From contig JAHHIK010000089.1 in assembly GCA_019358935.1 (NCBI GenBank), forward strand, positions 1 to 35,253: a DNA stretch of 35,253 nt. The letters are read 5' to 3'. The position numbers and the translations under genes are program-made. This stretch comes from Tolypothrix carrinoi HA7290-LM1 (GTDB taxonomy: Bacteria > Cyanobacteriota > Cyanobacteriia > Cyanobacteriales > Nostocaceae). How positions within the stretch are numbered: position 1 is the stretch's first letter; each line of letters begins with the position of its first letter. Below the pieces are notes generated by a model. That model worked only from the letters and a program-made list of their open reading frames with translations, did no database searches and was not told the DNA's origin. Positions 1 through 7,831 of this stretch are shown one piece after another.

Positions 1-121
1 TGATTAAAGAGTGGAGGATGTTTTCAATCTTCTCAAAAACTTTAGTGAAAAAAGAGAGCGTCTCCAAACTCTCCTGGAAATATATGGTTACAATTGCTTA
101 TATTTGCCTATGCTAAAGTTA

Positions 122-484
122 ACTATTCAGTTTTTCTAGAAGTGCATTATGGTTAATGCGGTCGAAGCACTTGGCAATGTCAGCATCCAGCACGTATTTG
201 GCTTTTTGCGCGATTACCGTATGAATTGCCAAAGATTGCATCATCAGATGAGCGACAAGAGTCTAAAACCGTAACTGTTAGGCTCGAATCTTGCTTCCCA
301 TTTTGGTTCTAGGGCTAGCTTAACCAAGCATTGAACAGCCCGGTCGTGCATTGTTGGTATTCCGAGAGGGCGCTTATCCTCCGTTCCTGGTTTGGGTATC
401 CAGACTCGGCGGGTTGGACGCACATGAAGGTTAATGCTCAGGTTTCTGGTAAGTTTCAGCCTTTGTTTGGGTGTTAATGACTTA
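122..484 (-). pseudogene. Group II intron reverse transcriptase/maturase, internal fragment, frameshifted
   Basis: Minus strand reads KSLTPKQRL...RPTRRVWIPKPGTEDKRPLGIPTMHDRAVQCLVKLALEPKWEARFEPNSYGFR, then after frameshifts and stops ...AQKAKYVLDADIAKCFDRINHNALLEKLN. These are the RT1-RT3 motifs of group II intron RTs. No YADD motif or intron domain V is present. Confidence 0.9.
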
Positions 485-933
485 ATACCATTTTGTTAAA
501 TACCTGCTACAGATAATGCTTGGATAATGTAATCCCAAGCTGCCAAAGAAGTGATGACATCAACAGTCAGCGCTTCCAGAATTTTCACTACCCTAGTTTT
601 TAACTCGTTGAGATTGTCAAAAAGCTGCCAAGGAAGCTGGCGCTTGATATATCCCCAAAGTCTTTCAATTGGATTGAGTTCTGGACAGTTAGGAGGCTGA
701 AATAGCAAAATAATATTATTAGGAATTTGTAAATGTTTGGCTTTATGGAAAGACCCATTATCTAATTGTATGATATGTAAGTCTTGGGGAAAAGCCTGAG
801 AAAACTGGTTCAAAAATCTCCCAAAACACTCAGTATCTAAGTGAGAAAATTCATAAAAGAAACTTTCTCCTTTCAATGGTTCTATGACACCATACAAATA
901 ATAGGCTTGTCGCTCCCACTGTACTAACCCTAA
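485..933 (-). mobile_element. IS630-family element, 3' half only (DDE_3 transposase C-terminus, stop at 496)
   Basis: GLVQWERQAYYLYGVIEPLKGESFFYEFSHL...IIQLDNGSFHKA...FQPPNCPELNPIERLW is the IS630 DDE signature. The element ends a few bases after the stop, at a TA inside the RT. The first ~10 residues of ORF 496..963 come from the neighbouring IS5 end. Confidence 0.9.
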
Positions 934-1106
934 GAGGATGTTTGAAAAGTCGAAGCAGGTCAAAAATCATGCGAGTCGTCGAATCATAATACGTATCATC
1001 GCAATATAAATAAAAGTTTCCGAAGTTTCTGGTAGACGTTCATAATCCTTACTTAAACGCCGACACCAATTAAGCCAACCAAAAGTTCGCTCTACAACCC
1101 AGCGCT
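934..1106 (-). mobile_element. IS5-family (IS1031-like) element, right-end remnant
   Basis: Minus strand 1107-967 reads [47 protein letters not shown] terminal IR-like GAGGATGTTTGAAAAGT at 934-950 abuts a TAA/TTA target at 931-933. Confidence 0.9.
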
Positions 1107-1108
1107 TA

Positions 1109-2362
1109 GTACATGTCACCGCAAAAAAGGGTCGGAAATAGAGGAGGATATTTTTTGTAGGGTGGCATAAAAATCAGACATGCAAGGACGTATCTCAAGT
1201 ATCCGGGTTGAAATAACTGGTGAGCAGCAAAATGTACTAAATAGTTGGTTACGTAAGTCAACAACCCCAATGGGGTTGGCAAAACGTGCCCGTGCAATAT
1301 TAATGTTGGCATCAGGAGAAACTTTCAGTAAAACCAGTCAGTATGTTGATATAGGAGAACGTCACTTGAGAAAGTGGGCAAGACGGTTTATAGACCAAGG
1401 AATCGAAGGATTGTATGATGCGAAACGACCGGGGCGACCCCCGGTTTTTTCCCCCTCAAGTCGCATTGTACCTAGTTAAAATTGCTTGTGAGCGACCCGA
1501 TATGATGAAGCGTTCCTTATCGCAGTGGGATTGTACAGAATTAGCGCATCAAGTAGTAGCAGCAAAAATTACAGGTAGCATTTCTGCGTCTACTGTTCGA
1601 CGAATTTTAAATAGTCATAAATTAAAACCTTGGCGACATCATTTGTGGTTATCACCAAAAGCCCCAAGAGATGAAGCGTTTGTTAAAAGCATAAAAGAAA
1701 TTAGTTCTTTATACACTCGACCATTAAATCCGGATGAAATGGTGTTGTGCGTTGACGAGAAAACCAACTTACAACCCCGACCACGTAAATCCAAAACTCT
1801 TCCAGCTAAACCAGAACTACCTGTAAGAGTTGAACATGAATATGAACGTAAGGGGGCACTTAATTTGTTCGCTGCGTTTGATACTCGCACGGGTCAAGTA
1901 TGGGGGCAGACTTATGAGCGTAAACGTCAAGAAGAATTTATTGTATTTCTTGAATATTTGGACAAGCAGATTCCCCCGTCAATTACAACAATTCATGTGG
2001 TATTAGATAATTTGAGCGTACACAAAGGTAAAAAAGTCCAAGCTTGGTTAACCAAACACCAGCGTTTTGTATTTCATCATCCTCCCGTCCATTGTTCATG
2101 GATGAATCAAGTTGAACAATGGTTTAGTATTTTGCAGCGAAAACGTCTAAAAATCTCTGATTTTGCTGATAAAAAAGCTTTAAGCGAACGTTTAGAAGCT
2201 TTTATTTCTGAGTGGAATACGAAAGCACATCCTTTTGATTGGAGTGAAAAATCAACCCTGAAAGCTATCGCAAAGTGCAAAATTCCAGATTCCAATTTTA
2301 CGACCCAAATAGACCTTGCGATCGCAGCTTAATTTCCGCACCTTTTTTATGGTGACCTGTAC
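1109..2362 (+). mobile_element. Complete IS630-family insertion sequence
   Basis: Imperfect 31-bp terminal IRs (GTACATGTCACCGCAAAAAAGGGTCGGAAAT and ATTTCCGCACCTTTTTTATGGTGACCTGTAC) are flanked by TA at 1107-1108 and 2363-2364. Confidence 0.93.
1180..2332 (+). CDS. IS630-family transposase, split into an HTH ORF (1180-1479) and a DDE ORF in the +1 frame (to 2332), joined at T6C5 1445-1455
   Basis: ORF A has RARAILMLASG...LRKWARRF...GLYDAKRPGRP. ORF B has VLCVDEK, VVLDNLSVH and PVHCSWMNQVEQWF. The frames overlap at GTTTTTTCCCCC. Confidence 0.9.
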
Positions 2363-2389
2363 TAAGCGAATCACTTCCGCTTCTCGGCA

Positions 2390-2585
2390 TTGAAGAAAGG
2401 CAGAGGGCAGGAGGCAGCTATGCTGAAGGAGCAATCGGATGGGGATTCAAACCCCAACCGATTGAATCCACCGTGTAGACGGTGGGGTTTTATACCCAGT
2501 TGGCTCCAGCCAGAAGGCTGAATCAAAGACATAATTTATACCTTATGCCCTCTGCCCTCTGCCTTCTGCCTTCCGCCGAAGGCGG
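2390..2585 (-). mobile_element. 196-bp non-autonomous element, copy 1 (IS200/IS605-like boundaries)
   Basis: Identical to 2987-3182. On the minus strand it follows TTTAT, ends TTCAA and has no target duplication. It has imperfect terminal inverted heptamer arms and internal hairpins. Confidence 0.88.
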
Positions 2586-2986
2586 ATAAAAGCTTCTGGA
2601 TTTCGCGTTTGTTGAGACATAAACATGAATCGTTCATTGCTCTGTTGAGGCTGCAACAACGATTCAGGCAATGCCCACATCTGAAGGAACTTTTGATTAA
2701 AGACCGATACGTTAAAGTTCTGATTTACAACTATAATTCCATCAGCTGTAGACTCCAACGTTGCTTGCAGCAAAGATAGAGTTTGGGCTTGTTCCTGTTC
2801 TGCACAGCAGCGTTCTGCTTGTAAGCGTTTTGCTTGGGTGACATCCCGAATCACCATTACTGCCGATTTATCGCCTTTTGGCAGTTCGGCAGAGTTGCCA
2901 GATATTTCTAAAATTAAAGAGCGATCGCCGATTTGAAACTCGTATTCTGCTGCTTCATATTCTCCCTTTAGCACCTTGACATCAGG

Positions 2987-3182
2987 TTGAAGAAAGGCAG
3001 AGGGCAGGAGGCAGCTATGCTGAAGGAGCAATCGGATGGGGATTCAAACCCCAACCGATTGAATCCACCGTGTAGACGGTGGGGTTTTATACCCAGTTGG
3101 CTCCAGCCAGAAGGCTGAATCAAAGACATAATTTATACCTTATGCCCTCTGCCCTCTGCCTTCTGCCTTCCGCCGAAGGCGG
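2987..3182 (-). mobile_element. 196-bp non-autonomous element, copy 2
   Basis: Identical to 2390-2585. Precise removal rejoins TTT TAT | CCT GAT in frame. Confidence 0.88.
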
Positions 3183-3530
3183 ATAAAACTCTGCATCAAC
3201 TGTTATCCCTGCTTGCTTTAGCGGTAACAAGTCAGTTAGTTTGACATTTAGCACCAAAATGTGAGGTTTGTTTACCAGTTTGTCGAAAGCTGCATTGCAC
3301 CATTGCACCTTTCCATCTCGACCTGTCCAGACAATAGCATCAGCGATCGCCCCTAGTGCTAGTTCCATTTTGCCCAGAGTCGCCCGTAACTGCCTGCGAT
3401 TGTCAAGATAAATTATCCGGCAATTATGTAACGCCGAAATAATATTTACAATATTTTGTGATAAAAATTTGAATAATCCACCGCTAGGAGGATGAACGGC
3501 TGCTAAATATTAAACCTGAAATTGCAAAAA

Positions 3531-3641
3531 TTGGGCATTGGGCATTGGGCATTGGTCCGGCAGTGCCCCATGCCCCATGCCCCATGCCCCATGCCCAATG
3601 CCCCATGCCCCAATGCCCCATGCCCCATGCCCCATTACCCA
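3531..3641. repeat. STRR heptamer arrays in inverted arrangement: (TTGGGCA)n then (TGCCCCA)n
   Basis: Tandem 7-mers just downstream of the TPR gene; the gene's stop codon lies at the array edge. Confidence 0.9.
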
Positions 3642-4315
3642 TTTTTAAAAGAGTGATACATTGTATCTTCCGGGGCAAGACGAATAGCTGTGTTATAATC
3701 TGCCATTGCTTTGAACTTATCGCCGATTTCATAGTAAACTTGACTACGCCAAAGGTAAAATAGGGGATTGTCTGGATGAAGATTAATCGCTTGGGTATAA
3801 TCTTCAAGTGCTCCGTTTGTGTCTTGTAGATTTTGCCAACGTAAGTTAGCGCGTTGGCTGTAGAGATAAGCATCGTCAGGAAAAGCACGAATTGCATTAT
3901 CGAATAGAGCGATCGCTTTATTCGTATCTCCCTGCCGATTGAAGGTATGAGCTTGTTTAACGTATGCAGCAATAATACTCTGTTGATTACCAGATATAGT
4001 CGAGGCTACAACCGTCTCAGGCTTTTCTTGTTGTGTATCCTCTGCAATTTTTGCCGCAGATTTACCCAGATTAAGCGCTTTACAAATTAAACTAATAGTC
4101 GAGCCAAAGGCTAAAACTGTTCCAGCTACAATCGCAATAGCTGCCAAATCCCCATTACTGTTAGTACTGTTTTGAAAGCCTTTGATATCAATACCCTGAG
4201 TAGTTGTCGGTTGATGAACTTCTGTGGTGGTTAGCAGTGGTGCGTTGTTAAGAATTTTTTTCTTGATAATTTGCTTACCCGAGGCATTGTATAATCCTTT
4301 GATGTCGCTAATCAT
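3635..4315 (-). CDS. Tetratricopeptide-repeat protein with one predicted transmembrane segment
   Basis: Hydrophobic LAAIAIVAGTVLAFGSTISLIC followed by TPR units (AIALFDNAIRAFPDDA, ALEDYTQAINLHPDNP, AMADYNTAIRLAPED). Confidence 0.88.
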   Translation of the reverse strand: MISDIKGLYNASGKQIIKKKILNNAPLLTTTEVHQPTTTQGIDIKGFQNSTNSNGDLAAIAIVAGTVLAFGSTISLICKALNLGKSAAKIAEDTQQEKPETVVASTISGNQQSIIAAYVKQAHTFNRQGDTNKAIALFDNAIRAFPDDAYLYSQRANLRWQNLQDTNGALEDYTQAINLHPDNPLFYLWRSQVYYEIGDKFKAMADYNTAIRLAPEDTMYHSFKNG

Positions 4316-4396
4316 TTTGAGTTTTCCTGTAATTTTTAAGGGTTTGTTGCAGGCTTAACTGCCTAATATGTTTAAAGTTAGAGAGCAATCGGGAAG

Positions 4397-4470
4397 AACT
4401 AGGGACTGGGGACTCTTTACTGGGGATTAGGGAATAGGGAATAGGAAAAGAATTATTACCAATGCCCAAT
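4397..4470. repeat. STRR heptamers (GGGGACT/GGGAATA)
   Basis: Tandem 7-mers ACTGGGG and TAGGGAA, followed by CCAATGC. Confidence 0.7.
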
Positions 4471-4527
4471 GATGCCAGTTGCCTCAAGGTCGGGTATCTC
4501 ATGAGCGGGTTCGCCACTACGAATAGA

Positions 4528-4740
4528 ACGCCAGTCCGCGATGGCGCGGCGGCAGTCGCTACAACGGGGGGAACCCCAACGCCAGGTGCTTCAAGCCGGG
4601 AAACCCTTGCGGCAGTCGCTCATGGGGGGAACCCCCAAGACCGCGCTGCCTTACCAACGCACTGGCTCCGCAACGCGCTGCCTTGGGAACCCGCGCACGC
4701 GGCAGGCTCCGGTACAGGCAACCGCGCTGCCTTGACTCAC
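4528..4740 (+). repeat. Nest of small (~35-45 bp) GC-rich palindromic dispersed repeats
   Basis: Units bounded by RCGSCAG...CTGSCT, most with a GGG(G/A)AACCC hairpin, are inserted inside each other. A single reverse-orientation unit occurs at 10752-10796. Confidence 0.8.
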
Positions 4741-4926
4741 CGCACGAAACTAGCGCTCCCCAATGCCCAATTTTCAATTCCCAATTGTTTAAGAGATTGT
4801 TAACTACCGAGAATCCCAAGCAAAAATATGAATATCAGTACAAAAGTTTACATATAAGCAAAGACGAACTTTAGTTAAGCGCGATCGCGCTTCGGCGTCT
4901 TGTAGAGAAGGTATCGCTTATTTTCC

Positions 4927-5787
4927 TCAAAACCGCAAAATTTCTTCAATCATGCGATTCGCTTGGGAAGCATAACCACCCCCAAATAAATTAAAATGAT
5001 TGAGAATATGATACAGGTTATAAATAGTCTTTCTTTGCTCATAGCCTGCATCTAAAGGAAAGACTTCGTTGTAACCATTGTAAAACGCCGCTGGAAATCC
5101 GCCAAAAAGTTCGGTCATGGCAATATCAACTTCGCGATCGCCAAAATAAGTTGCCGGATCAAAAATCACCGGTTCTGACACAGTACACCCAGCATTTCCC
5201 CCCCACAAATCGCCGTGTACTAAAGAAGGTTGCGGCTGATGTGATAGTAACTTAGGTATAGCTGCTAGTAATTTTTCTTGTTGAGGAAAATTGCCACCGC
5301 GCCGGTTTGCTTTTTTTAATTGATACAATAGTCGATGTTGAGTATAAAATTCTGCCCAGTCTTGAGTCCAAGTATTAATTTGCGGCGTGGAACCGATGGT
5401 ATTATTAATTTTCCAGCCCATACCTTGACTGCTAGTAGTTTGATGCATCGCGGCTAACTTGCGTCCCATCTCTGACCAAGAATTGTTATTACCTTGATTC
5501 ATTTCCAGCCACTCCAAAACGATGTAGCTGAAATTACCTGCTGTCCCCCAGCAAATTGGTTTCGGGACGCGAATGCTATTTGATTGCCGCATTTCTTGCA
5601 AACCCAGCGCTTCAGCCTCAAACATAGCAATTTGCGCTGCTTGGTTTAGCTTGACAAAGTAAGTGCGTTCGCCGCTACTGACAGCATAACCTTGGTTGAT
5701 GCATCCACCACTAAGCGATCGCCTATTCTGGTTCTCAAATTTCTCGCCAGTCACCTGGCTAATATCAGCATCAATTTTAGTCCACAT
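4927..5787 (-). CDS. Fructosamine/ketosamine kinase family protein
   Basis: Motifs GGCIN, YFVKLN, MFEAEALGL, PSLVHGDLWGGN and PVIFDPATYFGDREVDIAMTELFGGF. The start is placed at MWTK (5787) because the ORF extension to 5886 is translated STRR. Confidence 0.93.
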   Translation of the reverse strand: MWTKIDADISQVTGEKFENQNRRSLSGGCINQGYAVSSGERTYFVKLNQAAQIAMFEAEALGLQEMRQSNSIRVPKPICWGTAGNFSYIVLEWLEMNQGNNNSWSEMGRKLAAMHQTTSSQGMGWKINNTIGSTPQINTWTQDWAEFYTQHRLLYQLKKANRRGGNFPQQEKLLAAIPKLLSHQPQPSLVHGDLWGGNAGCTVSEPVIFDPATYFGDREVDIAMTELFGGFPAAFYNGYNEVFPLDAGYEQRKTIYNLYHILNHFNLFGGGYASQANRMIEEILRF

Positions 5788-5796
5788 CGTTTGATT

Positions 5797-5933
5797 AGGG
5801 AATGGGGAATGGGGAATGGGGAATGGGGAATGGGTAATGGGTAATGGGTAATGGGGAATGGGGAATGGGGAATTAGCAATTAGCAATTACCAATTACCAA
5901 TTACCAATGCCCAATGCCCAATTCCCAATTCCC
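5797..5933. repeat. STRR arrays (GGGAATG/GGTAATG)n followed by inverted (CCAATTA/CCAATGC)n
   Basis: Tandem 7-mers fill the intergenic space. Confidence 0.9.
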
Positions 5934-5938
5934 TATTA

Positions 5939-7213
5939 TTAAGCTGGTTTCATGACAACTACACCGTAAGCATCTGGTGAAAGATACTTTTGGGAAGCTT
6001 GCATTAAATCGGTTGCATTTTGTGCTTGAATGTGATTGGGATAATCAAAGGCTGGTTCTAAGTCTCCTACCATAGATTGATAGTAACCGTACAAACCAGC
6101 GCGATCGCTTGGTGTTTCGTTACCAAAAATAAACCTGTTCGCGACACGCTTTCGCACGCGCTCAATTTCTGAGGCGGTGATAATTTCTGTTTGTAGCCTG
6201 CTAATATGTTGAGCGATCGCACTTTCCACGGCTGGCACATTTTCTACAGCACAATGCGCGGAAATATAAAAAGTACCCTGTAACCGCTGCGTCATATTAC
6301 TCACAGAAACCGAAGAAACCAATCCTCTTTCTTCGCGCAAATCTCGCACTAGCCTTGATGTGCGTCCATGTCCTAAAATTCCCGCCAAAACATCCAGCGC
6401 GTAAGTTTCCGGAAGCTTAATTAACCCCGGAACCCTGAAAACCATTGCCAATCGTGCTTGAGTTAGGCTTTCATCCACATATTCTCGGCGGACAATTTCT
6501 GTAAATGGTAATTCTTGAGTAATTTCTAAATGCTGTTCGGGTGGGGTTATCCCGTCTTTTGCGGTAAATCCCTCGGCGACAATTTCAATTAATTCTTCTA
6601 CCGGCAAATTACCCACAACCGCAGCTGTCATTGACTGTGGTTGATACCACATTGCGTGAAAATCCCGCATTTGCTGCGCTTTTAGTTGAGAAATGACTGT
6701 TTCTGGTCCCAATACCGAACGACGATAGGGTAGTTGATCAAACGCTGTTTCCATCGCTCGTTGAAAGGTGCGTCGGCGAGGATTATCATCACTACGGCGA
6801 ATTTCTTCTAAAACTACCAATCGCTCTCTTTCAAAAGCTTCGTCAGGAATACTAGCATTAGTTACTATATCAATTTGTAGTGGAGCAAGCTCCGCAAAAT
6901 CTTTGGGAGCAGTTGTCACATAATAATGAGTATAATCTTGGCTGGTGGCGGCATTAGTAACAGCACCCCGCTCTTCAATTTGACGTTCAAACTCGCCGCT
7001 AGTTAGTCGCTCACTGCCTTTAAAAATCATATGCTCTAAAAAGTGAGCCATGCCGTTAATCGCATTTGATTCTACGGCTGAACCGACTTTAACCCACAAG
7101 TTGAGGTTAACCGCTTCAATCGGCATTTGCTCTGCTACTATTGTCAACCCGTTGGGCAAGATGTGCAGCTTTGGGGCATTGAGACGAGGAAAATTCAGCA
7201 AAGTTGAAGTCAT
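5939..7213 (-). CDS. M16 (pitrilysin/processing protease) family zinc peptidase
   Basis: Inverted zinc motif HFLEH in GMAHFLEHMIFKGS, plus NAATSQDYTHY and ERERLVVLEE, and a C-terminal M16_C half (TSRLVRDLREERGLV). Confidence 0.95.
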   Translation of the reverse strand: MTSTLLNFPRLNAPKLHILPNGLTIVAEQMPIEAVNLNLWVKVGSAVESNAINGMAHFLEHMIFKGSERLTSGEFERQIEERGAVTNAATSQDYTHYYVTTAPKDFAELAPLQIDIVTNASIPDEAFERERLVVLEEIRRSDDNPRRRTFQRAMETAFDQLPYRRSVLGPETVISQLKAQQMRDFHAMWYQPQSMTAAVVGNLPVEELIEIVAEGFTAKDGITPPEQHLEITQELPFTEIVRREYVDESLTQARLAMVFRVPGLIKLPETYALDVLAGILGHGRTSRLVRDLREERGLVSSVSVSNMTQRLQGTFYISAHCAVENVPAVESAIAQHISRLQTEIITASEIERVRKRVANRFIFGNETPSDRAGLYGYYQSMVGDLEPAFDYPNHIQAQNATDLMQASQKYLSPDAYGVVVMKPA

Positions 7214-7831
7214 TGGTAGTTGTGGGTGAAAAGCTCTGTTACTTCTTTATCTTACCTACGACTTATATAACCCGCATTCGTCAACACTTTTTGACTTTGA
7301 TTTTGCACTTATTAACTGCAAAATCAAAGTCATCCTTCTAAAGGATGATTTGTGACGGAGATAGAATCATGATTGTCTGTGACGCCCGCAAATGCAAGAA
7401 AAAATGGGGATAGCTCACGGAGTGCGAGTCATCTCCCAAGGGGAGACGCTATGCGAACGAGCGTCGGGTTCCTACGACAGTCGTGTAGACAAGGCAGCTT
7501 ACGTTCGGAAGCTTCCACCACCAAACGTGCCGCCCCACAATTAATCATGGGGCTTCAAACAGTCCTCCCCATTTTTTTAAGAGCAAAATTGGTGAGAGTT
7601 GCTATCAGTTGGAACGATCGCTTCACGCCTGACCGTCCGTCAAAATACGTAAATCCTGCCATTAGATATAGTTGATTTTCCCGGAGATTACTGTAAAATG
7701 TAATATATGTTTATTATGAACATAAGTAATTTCATCTAGAAAAGTTTTTCTTTTCTTTCGCACTTTTTGCCAGATTTTTATCTGTTTTCTGTTTTTGGCT
7801 AACTTGTTAAACTCTTTAACCAACATTTGCA

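Larger units (their letters stand above)
2371..3392 (-). pseudogene. PAS-domain sensor protein (N-terminal part), interrupted twice by a 196-bp element and truncated
   Basis: Removing both inserts restores one frame: [36 protein letters not shown]...AEFY|PDVKVLKGEY...AVMVIRDVT...LLQATLESTADGIIVVNQ...FNQKFLQMW...PEAFI|AEKRK*. This gives two PAS starts and no output domain. Confidence 0.85.

Noticed and set aside
1..121. Possible 3' end of a + strand gene
   Set aside because: Only short frames with no recognisable motif; the context lies outside the window.
122..484. RT as part of a retron, DGR or defence system
   Set aside because: The motifs are group II intron type, the fragment is frameshifted and lacks the catalytic motif, and no template/variable repeat pair or msr-msd is adjacent.
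2390..3182. Two identical repeats as a CRISPR array or as ends of a composite transposon or prophage
   Set aside because: The units are 196 bp, there are only two, and there are no cas genes. The DNA between and beyond them is one continuous gene, so they are independent insertions.
2252..3368. ORFs 2252..2434, 2543..3031 and 3120..3368 as independent genes
   Set aside because: They are chimeras of the 196-bp element (identical MLLQHSCLLPSAFLQ starts) and pieces of the PAS pseudogene.
3484..3972. ORFs 3484..3972 and 3545..3763 with WGMGH/PMP repeats
   Set aside because: They are translations of STRR heptamers overlapping the TPR gene.
4308..4874. Several overlapping 63-113 aa ORFs
   Set aside because: They are open only because they cross GC-rich nested repeats; no protein motif is recognisable.
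7373..7675. 100-aa ORF
   Set aside because: TTG start, no recognisable domain, and it overlaps a palindromic region with a repeat insert.
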